Notes under the pieces: generated by a model
Databases searched by the model: none
What the model saw: the letters and a program-made list of their open reading frames with translations, nothing else
What the model was told of the DNA's origin: nothing
Made by a program: the position numbers and the translations under genes
Shown here: positions 14,801-20,626 of the stretch, piece by piece
Layout of the letters: each line of letters starts with the position of its first letter
Numbering within the stretch: position 1 is the first letter of the stretch
From: Okeania sp.
Lineage (GTDB): Bacteria; Cyanobacteriota; Cyanobacteriia; Cyanobacteriales; Microcoleaceae
DNA: 20,626 nucleotides
Assembly: GCF_035285525.1 (NCBI RefSeq)
Contig: NZ_JAYKGW010000220.1
Span: forward strand, 1 to 20,626
Direction: 5' to 3'

Positions 14801-17513
14801 TAATGATGCTTTCTTACTGGTGCGAGTAGACTCCGATGATGATATTCTAGAACATAACGAAGAAAATACGGCTGCTATCCAATTAGCTCGTACAGTTGAT
14901 GTGGTGCTAGTAATGGATCGTAGTGGTAGTATGGCTTCACAAGTTCCAGTTTCTAATGGAAACCGACCCAAAATTGAATTGTTGCAAGACTCCGCTAATT
15001 TATTCCTAGATTTGATTCGCCTTGATGCAGGCGATCGCTTAGGGGAAGTTAGTTTCGCAGGTAGTGTGACTACAGATTTTGGACCAGGAGATGTTTTAAC
15101 TGAGATTACTTCAGGTAATATTAATAATGCTGAAAATCAAATTAATAACCTCAGTCCTGGTGGTAGTACCAATATTCGTGGAGCGTTGCAGGAAGGACTA
15201 GATTTATTGACAGATGCTCCTGATGGCGAAAATAATCGTCGTGTAATTGTCTTCCTTTCTGATGGAATGCGCACAGCAGGTGGCGATCCGACTGCTCCTG
15301 CTTTCTTACAACAATTTGATGATGAAAATGTTAAAGTCTTCTCTGTTGGATTTGGTACTGAAGGTGCAAGTGGCAATGCTGGAATTGATGTAGATTTACT
15401 GCAAACCTTAACTAATGTAGGCGACCAAGGTTTTTACCAAGTAACTGAAAGTGCCTTAGAACTTGATAAATTCTTTGTCAATGCGGTAGCGGGGGCTATA
15501 GGTTCTGATGTAATTGTAGACCCAATTGATTATATTGCTCCCGGTGAAACTCACACTGTAGATATTACATTAGGTGAGCAAGATGGGGTAGCTTCCTTTA
15601 TTCTCACCAGTGATAATCCACAGTTCCCTCTAGATTTAGCATTACGCAGTCCATCTGGATTAGAAATCAATGCCAATAACTTTAATTCATTTGGCGAGCA
15701 AATTTCCTACATTAATGCTCCTACCCACGATATTTTCCAAGTACATCTTCCCATAGCAGCACAAGCAAATATCGACCATGGAGAAACCTGGGAGATGGTC
15801 ATTACTAACCCCAACTCCAGGACTGTTACTTACTCTGCTTCTGCTATTGCGGAGTCTACAGTTCATTTAGACATATTACCTCCCCAATCTAGTGATGGCA
15901 TTTTCAATCCAGGAGAACCTATTCCACTGCAAGTATTCTTAGAGGAAAATAATCAAGTTCCGATCCAAGATGCTTCTATAACAGTATCGGTCACTGGTCC
16001 AACCGCAGATTTAGGTAATTACCTCTCATCTGGAGTTATCACTCAGAAAGATTTGAAACAAGTTCCCGCTCAAATTAGACGTGAACCTTTGAGTTTGCAG
16101 GAGCGGATCGTAATTGCTATACAAAATAAATTGGGTAAAAATCCTCTATCTCCTGTGCAACTCGATCCGATTGAGCTAACCGAATTAGACGAAGGATTTT
16201 ACTCAGGAGAATTTTTAGACACTAAAGTTCCCGGAACCTATACTTTTGTGGTCAATGTCGAAGGTTTTACTTCTGATTGGCAACCCTTTCAAAGAGAAGC
16301 AACTTATACTGTCAACGTTTCCGATAATGAAGTCGATCCTGACAAAACGAAGGTTGATATTATCGCATCCAAACCTGGTAGCGGTGTAGTTACAATTACT
16401 CCCAAAACTACTGCCGGTAATTTTGTCGGACCAGGTTTTGCCGATGATATTGTCTTAGGAGGGAAAGGCTTAATTCCGAAAACAACTGTAATAGACAACC
16501 TAGATGGCAGTTATACACAACAGTTTGAAATAGAAACCAATATTGAGGAAACTAAACTTAATATTCAACTTCTAGATACGAAATTACCACCTATTATCGT
16601 TACTGATAATCCCATTGATGACATCTTCCTCAAAGGTAGGGGAGGCAACGATAAACTCCAAGGTCAAACTGGCGATGACACCCTTATTGGTAATGGTGGC
16701 AATGATACTCTCCATGGTGGTGGTGGTAACGATATTCTCAATGGTGGTAGCGGCAACGATACTCTTAATGGTAGCAAGGGTGACGATACTCTTAATGGTG
16801 GTAGCGGTAACGATACTCTTAATGGTAGTAGCGGTGACGATATTCTCAATGGTGGCAAGGGTAAAGACAGATTGCTTGGTGGTAGTGGCAATGATATTCT
16901 CAATGGTGGTAAGGGTAAAGACAGACTACTTGGTGGTAGTGGCAATGATACTCTCAATGGCGATCGCGATAACGATACTCTCAATGGTGGTAAGGGTAAA
17001 GACAGACTACTTGGTGGTAGAGGGAACGATCTATTAATAGGCGATAATGGTCAAGATACCTTGCTAGGAGAATCTGGTGACGATACTCTCAGAGGTGGTA
17101 GCGGTAATGATATTCTCAATGGTGGAGCAGGAAACGATGAACTCACAGGAGGGGGCAATATTGACAGCTTTGTCTTTGACACTAATAAGAAATTTAAGAC
17201 TAAGGATATAGGTATAGATGAAATTACTGATTTTTCCCAAAACCAGGGAGATATTATTCTTCTAGATTTGACAACTTTCAGTGCAATCAAAAGTTTGGCA
17301 GGAACTGGGTTTAGCATTATTGATGAATTTGCTGTAGTTACAAGTAATAAAAAGGCAGCAACCTCTGATGCTGTAATCGTCTATAATGAAAACAATGGTA
17401 ATTTGTTCTATAATCCCAATGGTAGTAGTGCAGGTTTCGGTAGTGGTGGTAGGTTTGCCACTTTGACAAATACTCCATCGTTAGTAGCAGACGATTTCTT
17501 CCTCAGAAATTAA
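11898..17513 (+). CDS. Giant multidomain secreted-type protein: N-terminal region, subtilisin-like S8 peptidase, P/CARDB-like beta domains, vWA domain, Ig-like domains, about 19 RTX (hemolysin-type Ca-binding) nonapeptides and a C-terminal domain
   Basis: GTG start with GGGAG 9 nt upstream (11884-11888). The S8 catalytic triad is VGVDDSGID (about 12972-12990), HGTHVGG (about 13044-13062) and GTSMASPAVAG (about 13599-13620), with the oxyanion-hole motif SAGNGG. LTLAWDD...NDLDLEIVAPDG is a protease-associated beta-domain pattern. The vWA MIDAS motif is VDVVLVMDRSGSM (about 14896-14935), with later GGSTNI and VIVFLSDG motifs. GGxGxDxLx repeats span 16635-17165. There is no N-terminal signal peptide, which is consistent with C-terminal (type I) secretion. 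Confidence 0.9.
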   Translation: MEKSKIFSDFQIEGPNSVPYQLFNVLVPGTIEVEVDWEGQGEKLTVSLEGRRDFGSRKPPVQITDSSASPLKLTYDVTEEDIARGVGWRLVIRGEDGTNIKGDVKIITPFDPDVYETFEQQKISLRSGDFLPTRTLEKDFFEELNEDKSSKGLHGIITLNRTPEHDELLKLEKAGIDRQSFLPGKHAFGLVEEDFDPSDPNIPPKLIRSITPLTPEDKIAPDILVGNYQEYFIPERKENYVLNDNGTLRLSVLFAQDTPLETIRQSILKREAISFSPISDNLWEVEIEEKNLISLASYDQVEWIDPGSFPDLPENDNTRSVVNVDNVQDAQTDGMGNLILSGGFPVYDGLSGDGVTVGVDDSGIDASHPDLNVVADRPASSFHGTHVGGIIAGNGSQSNSNGGTPFEWRGMAPNAGLIDSDDLINTANVLNAIDNNSLDVSNHSHAVSPDGNYSGNNQTIDRLIRGGATAGGELVPERPKVFSAGNGGSSAQYGNQLGYYSITKQVKNAVVVGNWNASDGDGNINNDFLSTGSSLGPAYDGRIKPDVVAPGTNIRSTNTSNGYGSSSGTSMASPAVAGIHALLLEGWQNTYSTPLGTTIDDRPPLPSTLRALLIQTAVDIVDDDVRNNTLTEIDSDSNQANGNDGNGRVTATEGPDYATGWGLVDAEAAVEVMQDFRLEGGVPIPNRIIQDAVMHNGIIEYNFVVDEDFIDSGDPLKLTLAWDDFEGAIQNPAINPTLVNDLDLEIVAPDGTIFYPWQLGHTIEDLMGNPLPNNAQPPGTAISINQEITPTLTPAINNDYIPANALTGNGAWVATRGKDHLNNVEQVLVDSADLEEGHWTARVIGFDVQAGTAQDYSLVGFPYPELPDLVAFSNDKVSLPSGGGTVEFDWTVSNTGELGTGTNFEYEVLLSTDFFADASDVVLTDTNQASLGPLATGASLNRTSEVTINNSHAAQLLGPGSTVDDLIDNDAFLLVRVDSDDDILEHNEENTAAIQLARTVDVVLVMDRSGSMASQVPVSNGNRPKIELLQDSANLFLDLIRLDAGDRLGEVSFAGSVTTDFGPGDVLTEITSGNINNAENQINNLSPGGSTNIRGALQEGLDLLTDAPDGENNRRVIVFLSDGMRTAGGDPTAPAFLQQFDDENVKVFSVGFGTEGASGNAGIDVDLLQTLTNVGDQGFYQVTESALELDKFFVNAVAGAIGSDVIVDPIDYIAPGETHTVDITLGEQDGVASFILTSDNPQFPLDLALRSPSGLEINANNFNSFGEQISYINAPTHDIFQVHLPIAAQANIDHGETWEMVITNPNSRTVTYSASAIAESTVHLDILPPQSSDGIFNPGEPIPLQVFLEENNQVPIQDASITVSVTGPTADLGNYLSSGVITQKDLKQVPAQIRREPLSLQERIVIAIQNKLGKNPLSPVQLDPIELTELDEGFYSGEFLDTKVPGTYTFVVNVEGFTSDWQPFQREATYTVNVSDNEVDPDKTKVDIIASKPGSGVVTITPKTTAGNFVGPGFADDIVLGGKGLIPKTTVIDNLDGSYTQQFEIETNIEETKLNIQLLDTKLPPIIVTDNPIDDIFLKGRGGNDKLQGQTGDDTLIGNGGNDTLHGGGGNDILNGGSGNDTLNGSKGDDTLNGGSGNDTLNGSSGDDILNGGKGKDRLLGGSGNDILNGGKGKDRLLGGSGNDTLNGDRDNDTLNGGKGKDRLLGGRGNDLLIGDNGQDTLLGESGDDTLRGGSGNDILNGGAGNDELTGGGNIDSFVFDTNKKFKTKDIGIDEITDFSQNQGDIILLDLTTFSAIKSLAGTGFSIIDEFAVVTSNKKAATSDAVIVYNENNGNLFYNPNGSSAGFGSGGRFATLTNTPSLVADDFFLRN
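16635..17165 (+). repeat. 27-nt periodic coding repeats (RTX nonapeptides), including near-identical 54-nt blocks (GGKGKDRLLGGSGND[IT]LN x3)
   Basis: Read directly: ggtaagggtaaagacagactacttggtggtagtggcaatgat recurs. The alternative-frame ORFs 16615-17037(+), 16664-16984(-) and 17051-17317(-) are artefacts of this periodicity. Confidence 0.9.
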
Positions 17514-17558
17514 TATCATCTCCAGATAATTAGTGATAAAAAACTTACTCCTCCTGTT

Positions 17559-17590
17559 CCCCTCCAGGGAGGGGTTAGGGGTGGGTTTAT
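17559..17590. repeat. G/C-rich hairpin plus G-run element (cccctccagggaggggttaggggtgggt)
   Basis: cccctcc (17559-17565) pairs with ggagggg (17568-17574), followed by ttaggggtgggttt. It lies 46 nt after the giant gene's stop. It resembles a common dispersed cyanobacterial repeat. There is no U-tract. Confidence 0.5.
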
Positions 17591-17645
17591 TTATAACTAT
17601 TCAACCGGATATGATATTACAGCGGTTTTCATTTCAGTAAACTAC

Positions 17646-17675
17646 TGTAGGGACGTTGCATGCAACGTCCCTACA
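17646..17675. repeat. Perfect 30-nt palindrome TGTAGGGACGTTGCA|TGCAACGTCCCTACA
   Basis: The 15+15 nt arms show perfect dyad symmetry (read directly). It lies between the convergent giant gene and the kinase gene, so it is a possible bidirectional hairpin or dispersed REP-type element. Related half-sites (tatagggacg) recur at about 17789 and about 18055. Confidence 0.8.
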
Positions 17676-17725
17676 AGGTTTTGCTTGTGGCGATGTGGTT
17701 TATCAAGAGTGAAAAGCGCTGCCAG

Positions 17726-18320
17726 AGGAAAATTCTAGGAAGGAGAGACAGAAACTACCTTTTCTATATATTGAATAAAAAGTCATGTATAGGGACGAAG
17801 ACGTCCCATTAAATAATATTGTATCAGAAATTTTCGCACTTGGCAAGGGGAATTTCTTTTCGCCGCCGATTTTTTGTCGGGAGCTTCACAAAATGCAAAT
17901 CTTCTTCTTCCTGTATTTGTGGCCAAATCTTTGTCTACCTCTGAGTTGCGATCGCACTGATTAAGAGGAAAAGAATAAAATCAAGGGGAAAATTCCTAGG
18001 AACGAGAGACAGAAACAGAAACTATCTTGGTCTTTGATTGAATAAAAAGTCATGTATAGGGACGAATGCACCCCATTAAATAATATCATATCAGAAATTT
18101 TTGCACTTGGCAAGGGGGATTTCTTTTCGGGTGCTTCACAAAATGCAAACTTTCTTATCCCTGTATCTGTGACGAAATCTTTGTCTGGCTCTGACTTCTC
18201 TGACTCTGAAAAAAAATTTTCCCCTTCGCGGGAGAAAAAAGAGAAAAGAAAAAGAGGGAAAAGGGGAAAAGAGGAAAAGAAAAAAGGGGAAGAATCCTAG
18301 GAACGAGAGACAGGGGAGGC
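17726..18320. repeat. Tandem direct repeat (units of about 260 and about 300 bp), each beginning with a copy of the last 20-25 nt of the kinase-FGE gene
   Basis: ggaaaattctaggaaggagagacagaaac (about 17727), ggaaaattcctaggaacgagagacagaaac (about 17988) and ggaagaatcctaggaacgagagacagggga (about 18287, the real gene end, encoding ...PVSRS*) mark the unit starts. The cores (ttgaataaaaagtcatgtatagggacg ... ttcacaaaatgcaaa ... aaatctttgtct) are roughly 85-90% identical by eye, with indels. Confidence 0.8.
18230..18294. repeat. Uninterrupted 65-nt homopurine (A/G) tract on the + strand
   Basis: Read directly: gggagaaaaaagagaaaagaaaaagagggaaaaggggaaaagaggaaaagaaaaaaggggaagaa. It ends 2 nt from the minus-strand stop codon (18297-18299). 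Confidence 0.9.
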
Positions 18321-20405
18321 AACACGAAAACCCCAATCGTCGTTGTAGCCGTCCGCATCGACACAGTCGCGCCAGGCACTCCGACAACTCCTAGAATGGT
18401 TGTCCCAGCAACCGGAACGGAGCAGTCTTCTATTACTATCACCTCCAGCTTCCCAAGCACTTCCATCTGTAGGCGCTCCATTATAGTTACTATGCCAAAC
18501 ATCCTGACACCATTCCCAGACATTGCCGTGCATATCGTACAAACCAAAACTATTGGGAGGAAAAATCCCCACATCTGTTGTTTCTTGACGATATTTTCCC
18601 TTTGGTGCATCAGCATAAGGATAGTTTCCATCATAGTTAACTAACTCAGTCGTTATAGTTTCCCCAAAATAAAATGGTGTGGTTGTTCCGGCTCGACAAG
18701 GATATTCCCACTGACTTTCACTGGGTAAACTATATTTTCTACCTGTTATTTCTGAGAGCTTCTGACAAAACTTTGTCGCCTCCTTCCAACTTACATTTTC
18801 TACAGGGCGACTTGCACCTTTAAAGAAAGAAGGATTATTTCCCATCACTGCTTTCCACTGTACTTGAGTAACTGGATACTTTCCTATGAAAAATTCTGGA
18901 ACATCTACATAATGTTGCGGACTTTCATCATCAAATCTTTCTGCTTCTGTCTCTGGAGAACCCATGATAAATCTACCTCTAGGAATGTTTACCATTTCTA
19001 GAGAAACTCCATTACCGAGGTTTTCTGTCATTACTTCTGCTTTACCTTGAGAGCGACTTACTATTTTTCCTTTCTTGTTAACTTTAACAGTAGTAAATGT
19101 CTGAATAGAAAATTTTGGTTGTGGTGGAGAGATAGGAGATGGTTTTGTTTTGGCAGGAGATGGTTTATTCCGCAAATGTTTAATTAACATTGCTGCTGCA
19201 AAACCACTTCCTGCTAAACTTCCTAATATTATCTGAATAGGAAAGTTAGGTTGTGGTGGAGAAGTAGGAGATGGTTTTGTTTGAGTAGGAGATAATTTAT
19301 CGGACAAACCTTTAACTAATATTGCTCCGACAAATGTACTTCCTGCCAAACCTCCTAATATCAATATTTGTCTTCTAGTTTTATTGGTTTTATTAGGTTG
19401 GGGTTTGACTACTACTTTTTGTGTGGAAGTAGTTGTTGCTTCTGGTGTTATTACTTCTGGTGGTGCTACTTCTGGTGTTGTTATTTTTGGTGGTGGAGGT
19501 GGTGGAGGTATTGGAGTTTGAATATTTAATGCTTCTAATACTTCTATGGCATTTTTATAACGCTGTGGAAAATATTCATGTACCATTCTATCTAATATAT
19601 TTGCTAACTCGTCGCTGACTTGTGCTTCATTTCGCCAGATAAAGTTTCGTGTCTTAGAGTCTCTTAGTAAATATTTTGGGTTTTTACCAGTTAGTGCTTT
19701 TATGCCTACCATTCCTACTGCATAAATATCGCTACTTAGTTGAGGATCGCCTAGTTTCTGTTCGTTTGGCATATATCCAGGAGTTCCCACTACCATAGCT
19801 AAAGTGGTTGTTCCTGGTTGTTTGCCTTTAGCTAACACATGTATTTCTTTTACTGCTCCGAAGTCTATCAATATTATTTTGTTATCTGACTTTCGACGCA
19901 TCAAGTTTTCTGGTTTAATGTCTCGATGAATAATATTATTTTGATGAGCTACTGTTAATGCTGATAATATTCCTGCGAGTAAGGCAATAGTATCAGACTG
20001 GCTTAATTTTTTCCCCGGCGTAAGTTCCCTACTAATATTATGCCCTTTGATATATTCTTGTACTAAGTAAAATTCTGTTCTTTCCTGAAAATGTGCAAAT
20101 AATTTTGGTATTTGCTCTGAGTCTTTGCCTAATGTGTATAGAGTTTTTGCTTCTCTCTCGAATAACTTTTGGGCAGTAGCTAAAACTGCGGGATTTAAAC
20201 TTTGGATGTTGTTTAACCAAGGAATGAATCTTAGGGGAAAAGGTAAGTCCGATTTTTTAGTTGTTTTAGGTTTGAGATGTTTAACGACACATTTGGGATT
20301 TCCTGGTAAGTCTAAATCTTCTGCTAAGTAGGTGTCTCCAAATCCTCCACTGCCAAGAGTGTGGATAATTTTGTACCTTTGTTTCAGGATTTTTCCAGAC
20401 TGCAT
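18297..20405 (-). CDS. Hanks-type Ser/Thr protein kinase fused, via a Pro-rich linker and two hydrophobic segments, to a C-terminal FGE-sulfatase (SUMF1-like) domain
   Basis: The kinase motifs are GSGGFGDTY (G-loop), VVKHLK (beta3 Lys), HRDIKPENLM, IDFGAVK and GTPGYMPNEQ. The linker reads PIPPPPPPPKITTPE. The TM-like segments are ILILGGLAGSTFVGAILV and IILGSLAGSGFAAAMLI. The FGE domain shows FIMGSPE...DESPQH.V.V..F.IGKYPVTQ.QW, NVSW.EA..FC, GLYDMHGNVWEWC and RLLRSGCW. Confidence 0.9.
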   Translation of the reverse strand: MQSGKILKQRYKIIHTLGSGGFGDTYLAEDLDLPGNPKCVVKHLKPKTTKKSDLPFPLRFIPWLNNIQSLNPAVLATAQKLFEREAKTLYTLGKDSEQIPKLFAHFQERTEFYLVQEYIKGHNISRELTPGKKLSQSDTIALLAGILSALTVAHQNNIIHRDIKPENLMRRKSDNKIILIDFGAVKEIHVLAKGKQPGTTTLAMVVGTPGYMPNEQKLGDPQLSSDIYAVGMVGIKALTGKNPKYLLRDSKTRNFIWRNEAQVSDELANILDRMVHEYFPQRYKNAIEVLEALNIQTPIPPPPPPPKITTPEVAPPEVITPEATTTSTQKVVVKPQPNKTNKTRRQILILGGLAGSTFVGAILVKGLSDKLSPTQTKPSPTSPPQPNFPIQIILGSLAGSGFAAAMLIKHLRNKPSPAKTKPSPISPPQPKFSIQTFTTVKVNKKGKIVSRSQGKAEVMTENLGNGVSLEMVNIPRGRFIMGSPETEAERFDDESPQHYVDVPEFFIGKYPVTQVQWKAVMGNNPSFFKGASRPVENVSWKEATKFCQKLSEITGRKYSLPSESQWEYPCRAGTTTPFYFGETITTELVNYDGNYPYADAPKGKYRQETTDVGIFPPNSFGLYDMHGNVWEWCQDVWHSNYNGAPTDGSAWEAGGDSNRRLLRSGCWDNHSRSCRSAWRDCVDADGYNDDWGFRVASPVSRS
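19101..19364 (-). repeat. In-frame 132-bp (44-codon) tandem duplication inside the kinase gene
   Basis: ctgaatagaaaattttggttgtggtggagagataggagatggttttg... (from 19101) aligns with ctgaataggaaagttaggttgtggtggagaagtaggagatggttttg... (from 19233). The protein copies are ILGGLAGSTFVGAILVKGLSDKLSPTQTKPSPTSPPQPNFPIQI and ILGSLAGSGFAAAMLIKHLRNKPSPAKTKPSPISPPQPKFSIQT. Confidence 0.85.
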
Positions 20406-20626
20406 TTTTTCAGTTAACAGTTATCAGCTTTTTCAGACTTTATTCTACTAGGAAAATATGGTTCTTTTGGCAAAATTTAACTTACATATGTATGAGCGAA
20501 CCTTCTCCATTATGATTACAATATCATGTCAAGTTTTGATTTGTCAACCAATCTACATATAATTCTGAAAATATAGTTAGTAGTTCTTTAATCTATGAGG
20601 TATGGTGTTTCCCCCCTGCTTCTCTT

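Noticed and set aside
12239-16498. Minus-strand ORFs 12239-12502, 14750-14971, 15137-15376 and 16304-16498
   Set aside because: All are antisense within the 1871-aa CDS, whose frame is validated by the S8, vWA and RTX motifs. The translations are Ser/Pro/Arg-rich, as expected for antisense frames.
16615-17317. ORFs 16615-17037 (+), 16664-16984 (-) and 17051-17317 (-) with striking repeated peptides (MVVAVTIL..., LPLPPLRVS...)
   Set aside because: These are alternative-frame readings of the 27-nt periodic RTX coding repeats. The GGxGxD frame is the biologically meaningful one.
18052-18644. ORFs 18052-18300 (+), 18136-18387 (-), 18155-18634 (-) and 18396-18644 (+)
   Set aside because: The first two are low-complexity translations of the homopurine tract, and the equivalent ORF in the sister repeat unit is frame-shifted. 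The others overlap the FGE-sulfatase coding frame, which is supported by strong motifs.
19433-20331. ORFs 19433-19618 (+), 20038-20220 (-) and 20125-20331 (+)
   Set aside because: These are off-frame or antisense ORFs inside the Ser/Thr kinase CDS. The poly-Leu/Val translation at 19433 is the antisense of the Pro/Thr-rich linker.
20530-20570. TTGACA-containing promoter-like sequence on the minus strand upstream of the kinase gene
   Set aside because: Two overlapping TTGACA boxes are present, but neither has a convincing -10 hexamer at 16-18-nt spacing. In such AT-rich DNA this is likely to be chance.

Overview
The window looks like a chromosomal segment from an AT-rich, probably filamentous cyanobacterium. 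The support for this is several HIP1 octamers (GCGATCGC, e.g. near 2724, 4990, 7944, 8101, 10709, 15032, 16961, 17948), many small GC-rich hairpin repeats, long non-coding spacers, and typical cyanobacterial gene families. The clear genes are: a small membrane protein; a GST-like gene interrupted by an in-frame TGA; a PstS-like lipoprotein followed by a HAMP sensor histidine kinase; a 4-TM membrane protein (minus strand); the nickel superoxide dismutase pair sodN-sodX; a 1871-aa secreted-type giant protein (subtilase S8 + vWA + about 19 RTX nonapeptides); and a Ser/Thr kinase fused to an FGE-sulfatase domain (minus strand). The most interesting locus is a tightly packed three-gene operon at 1382-4689. 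It encodes a small HEPN-like helical protein, a ParA/MinD-fold ATPase whose Walker A reads KGGVGR (Arg in place of the usual Lys), and a 502-aa P-loop NTPase. Decayed genes flank it on both sides: the nonsense-mutated GST upstream, and HATPase_c and AlbA_2-like fragments downstream. I do not recognise this gene combination as any named defence or partition system, and I propose it as a candidate undescribed NTPase-based conflict (defence) module. Other points worth a second look are a promoter-to-terminator bounded sRNA candidate (11123-11268), a perfect 78-bp tandem hairpin repeat, direct repeats bracketing the giant gene, a tandem duplication of the kinase gene's 3' end plus downstream region carrying conserved promoter-like boxes, a 65-nt homopurine tract, and an in-frame 132-bp duplication of a TM-plus-linker module inside the kinase. 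All homology calls come from motif recognition by eye. No database search was run.
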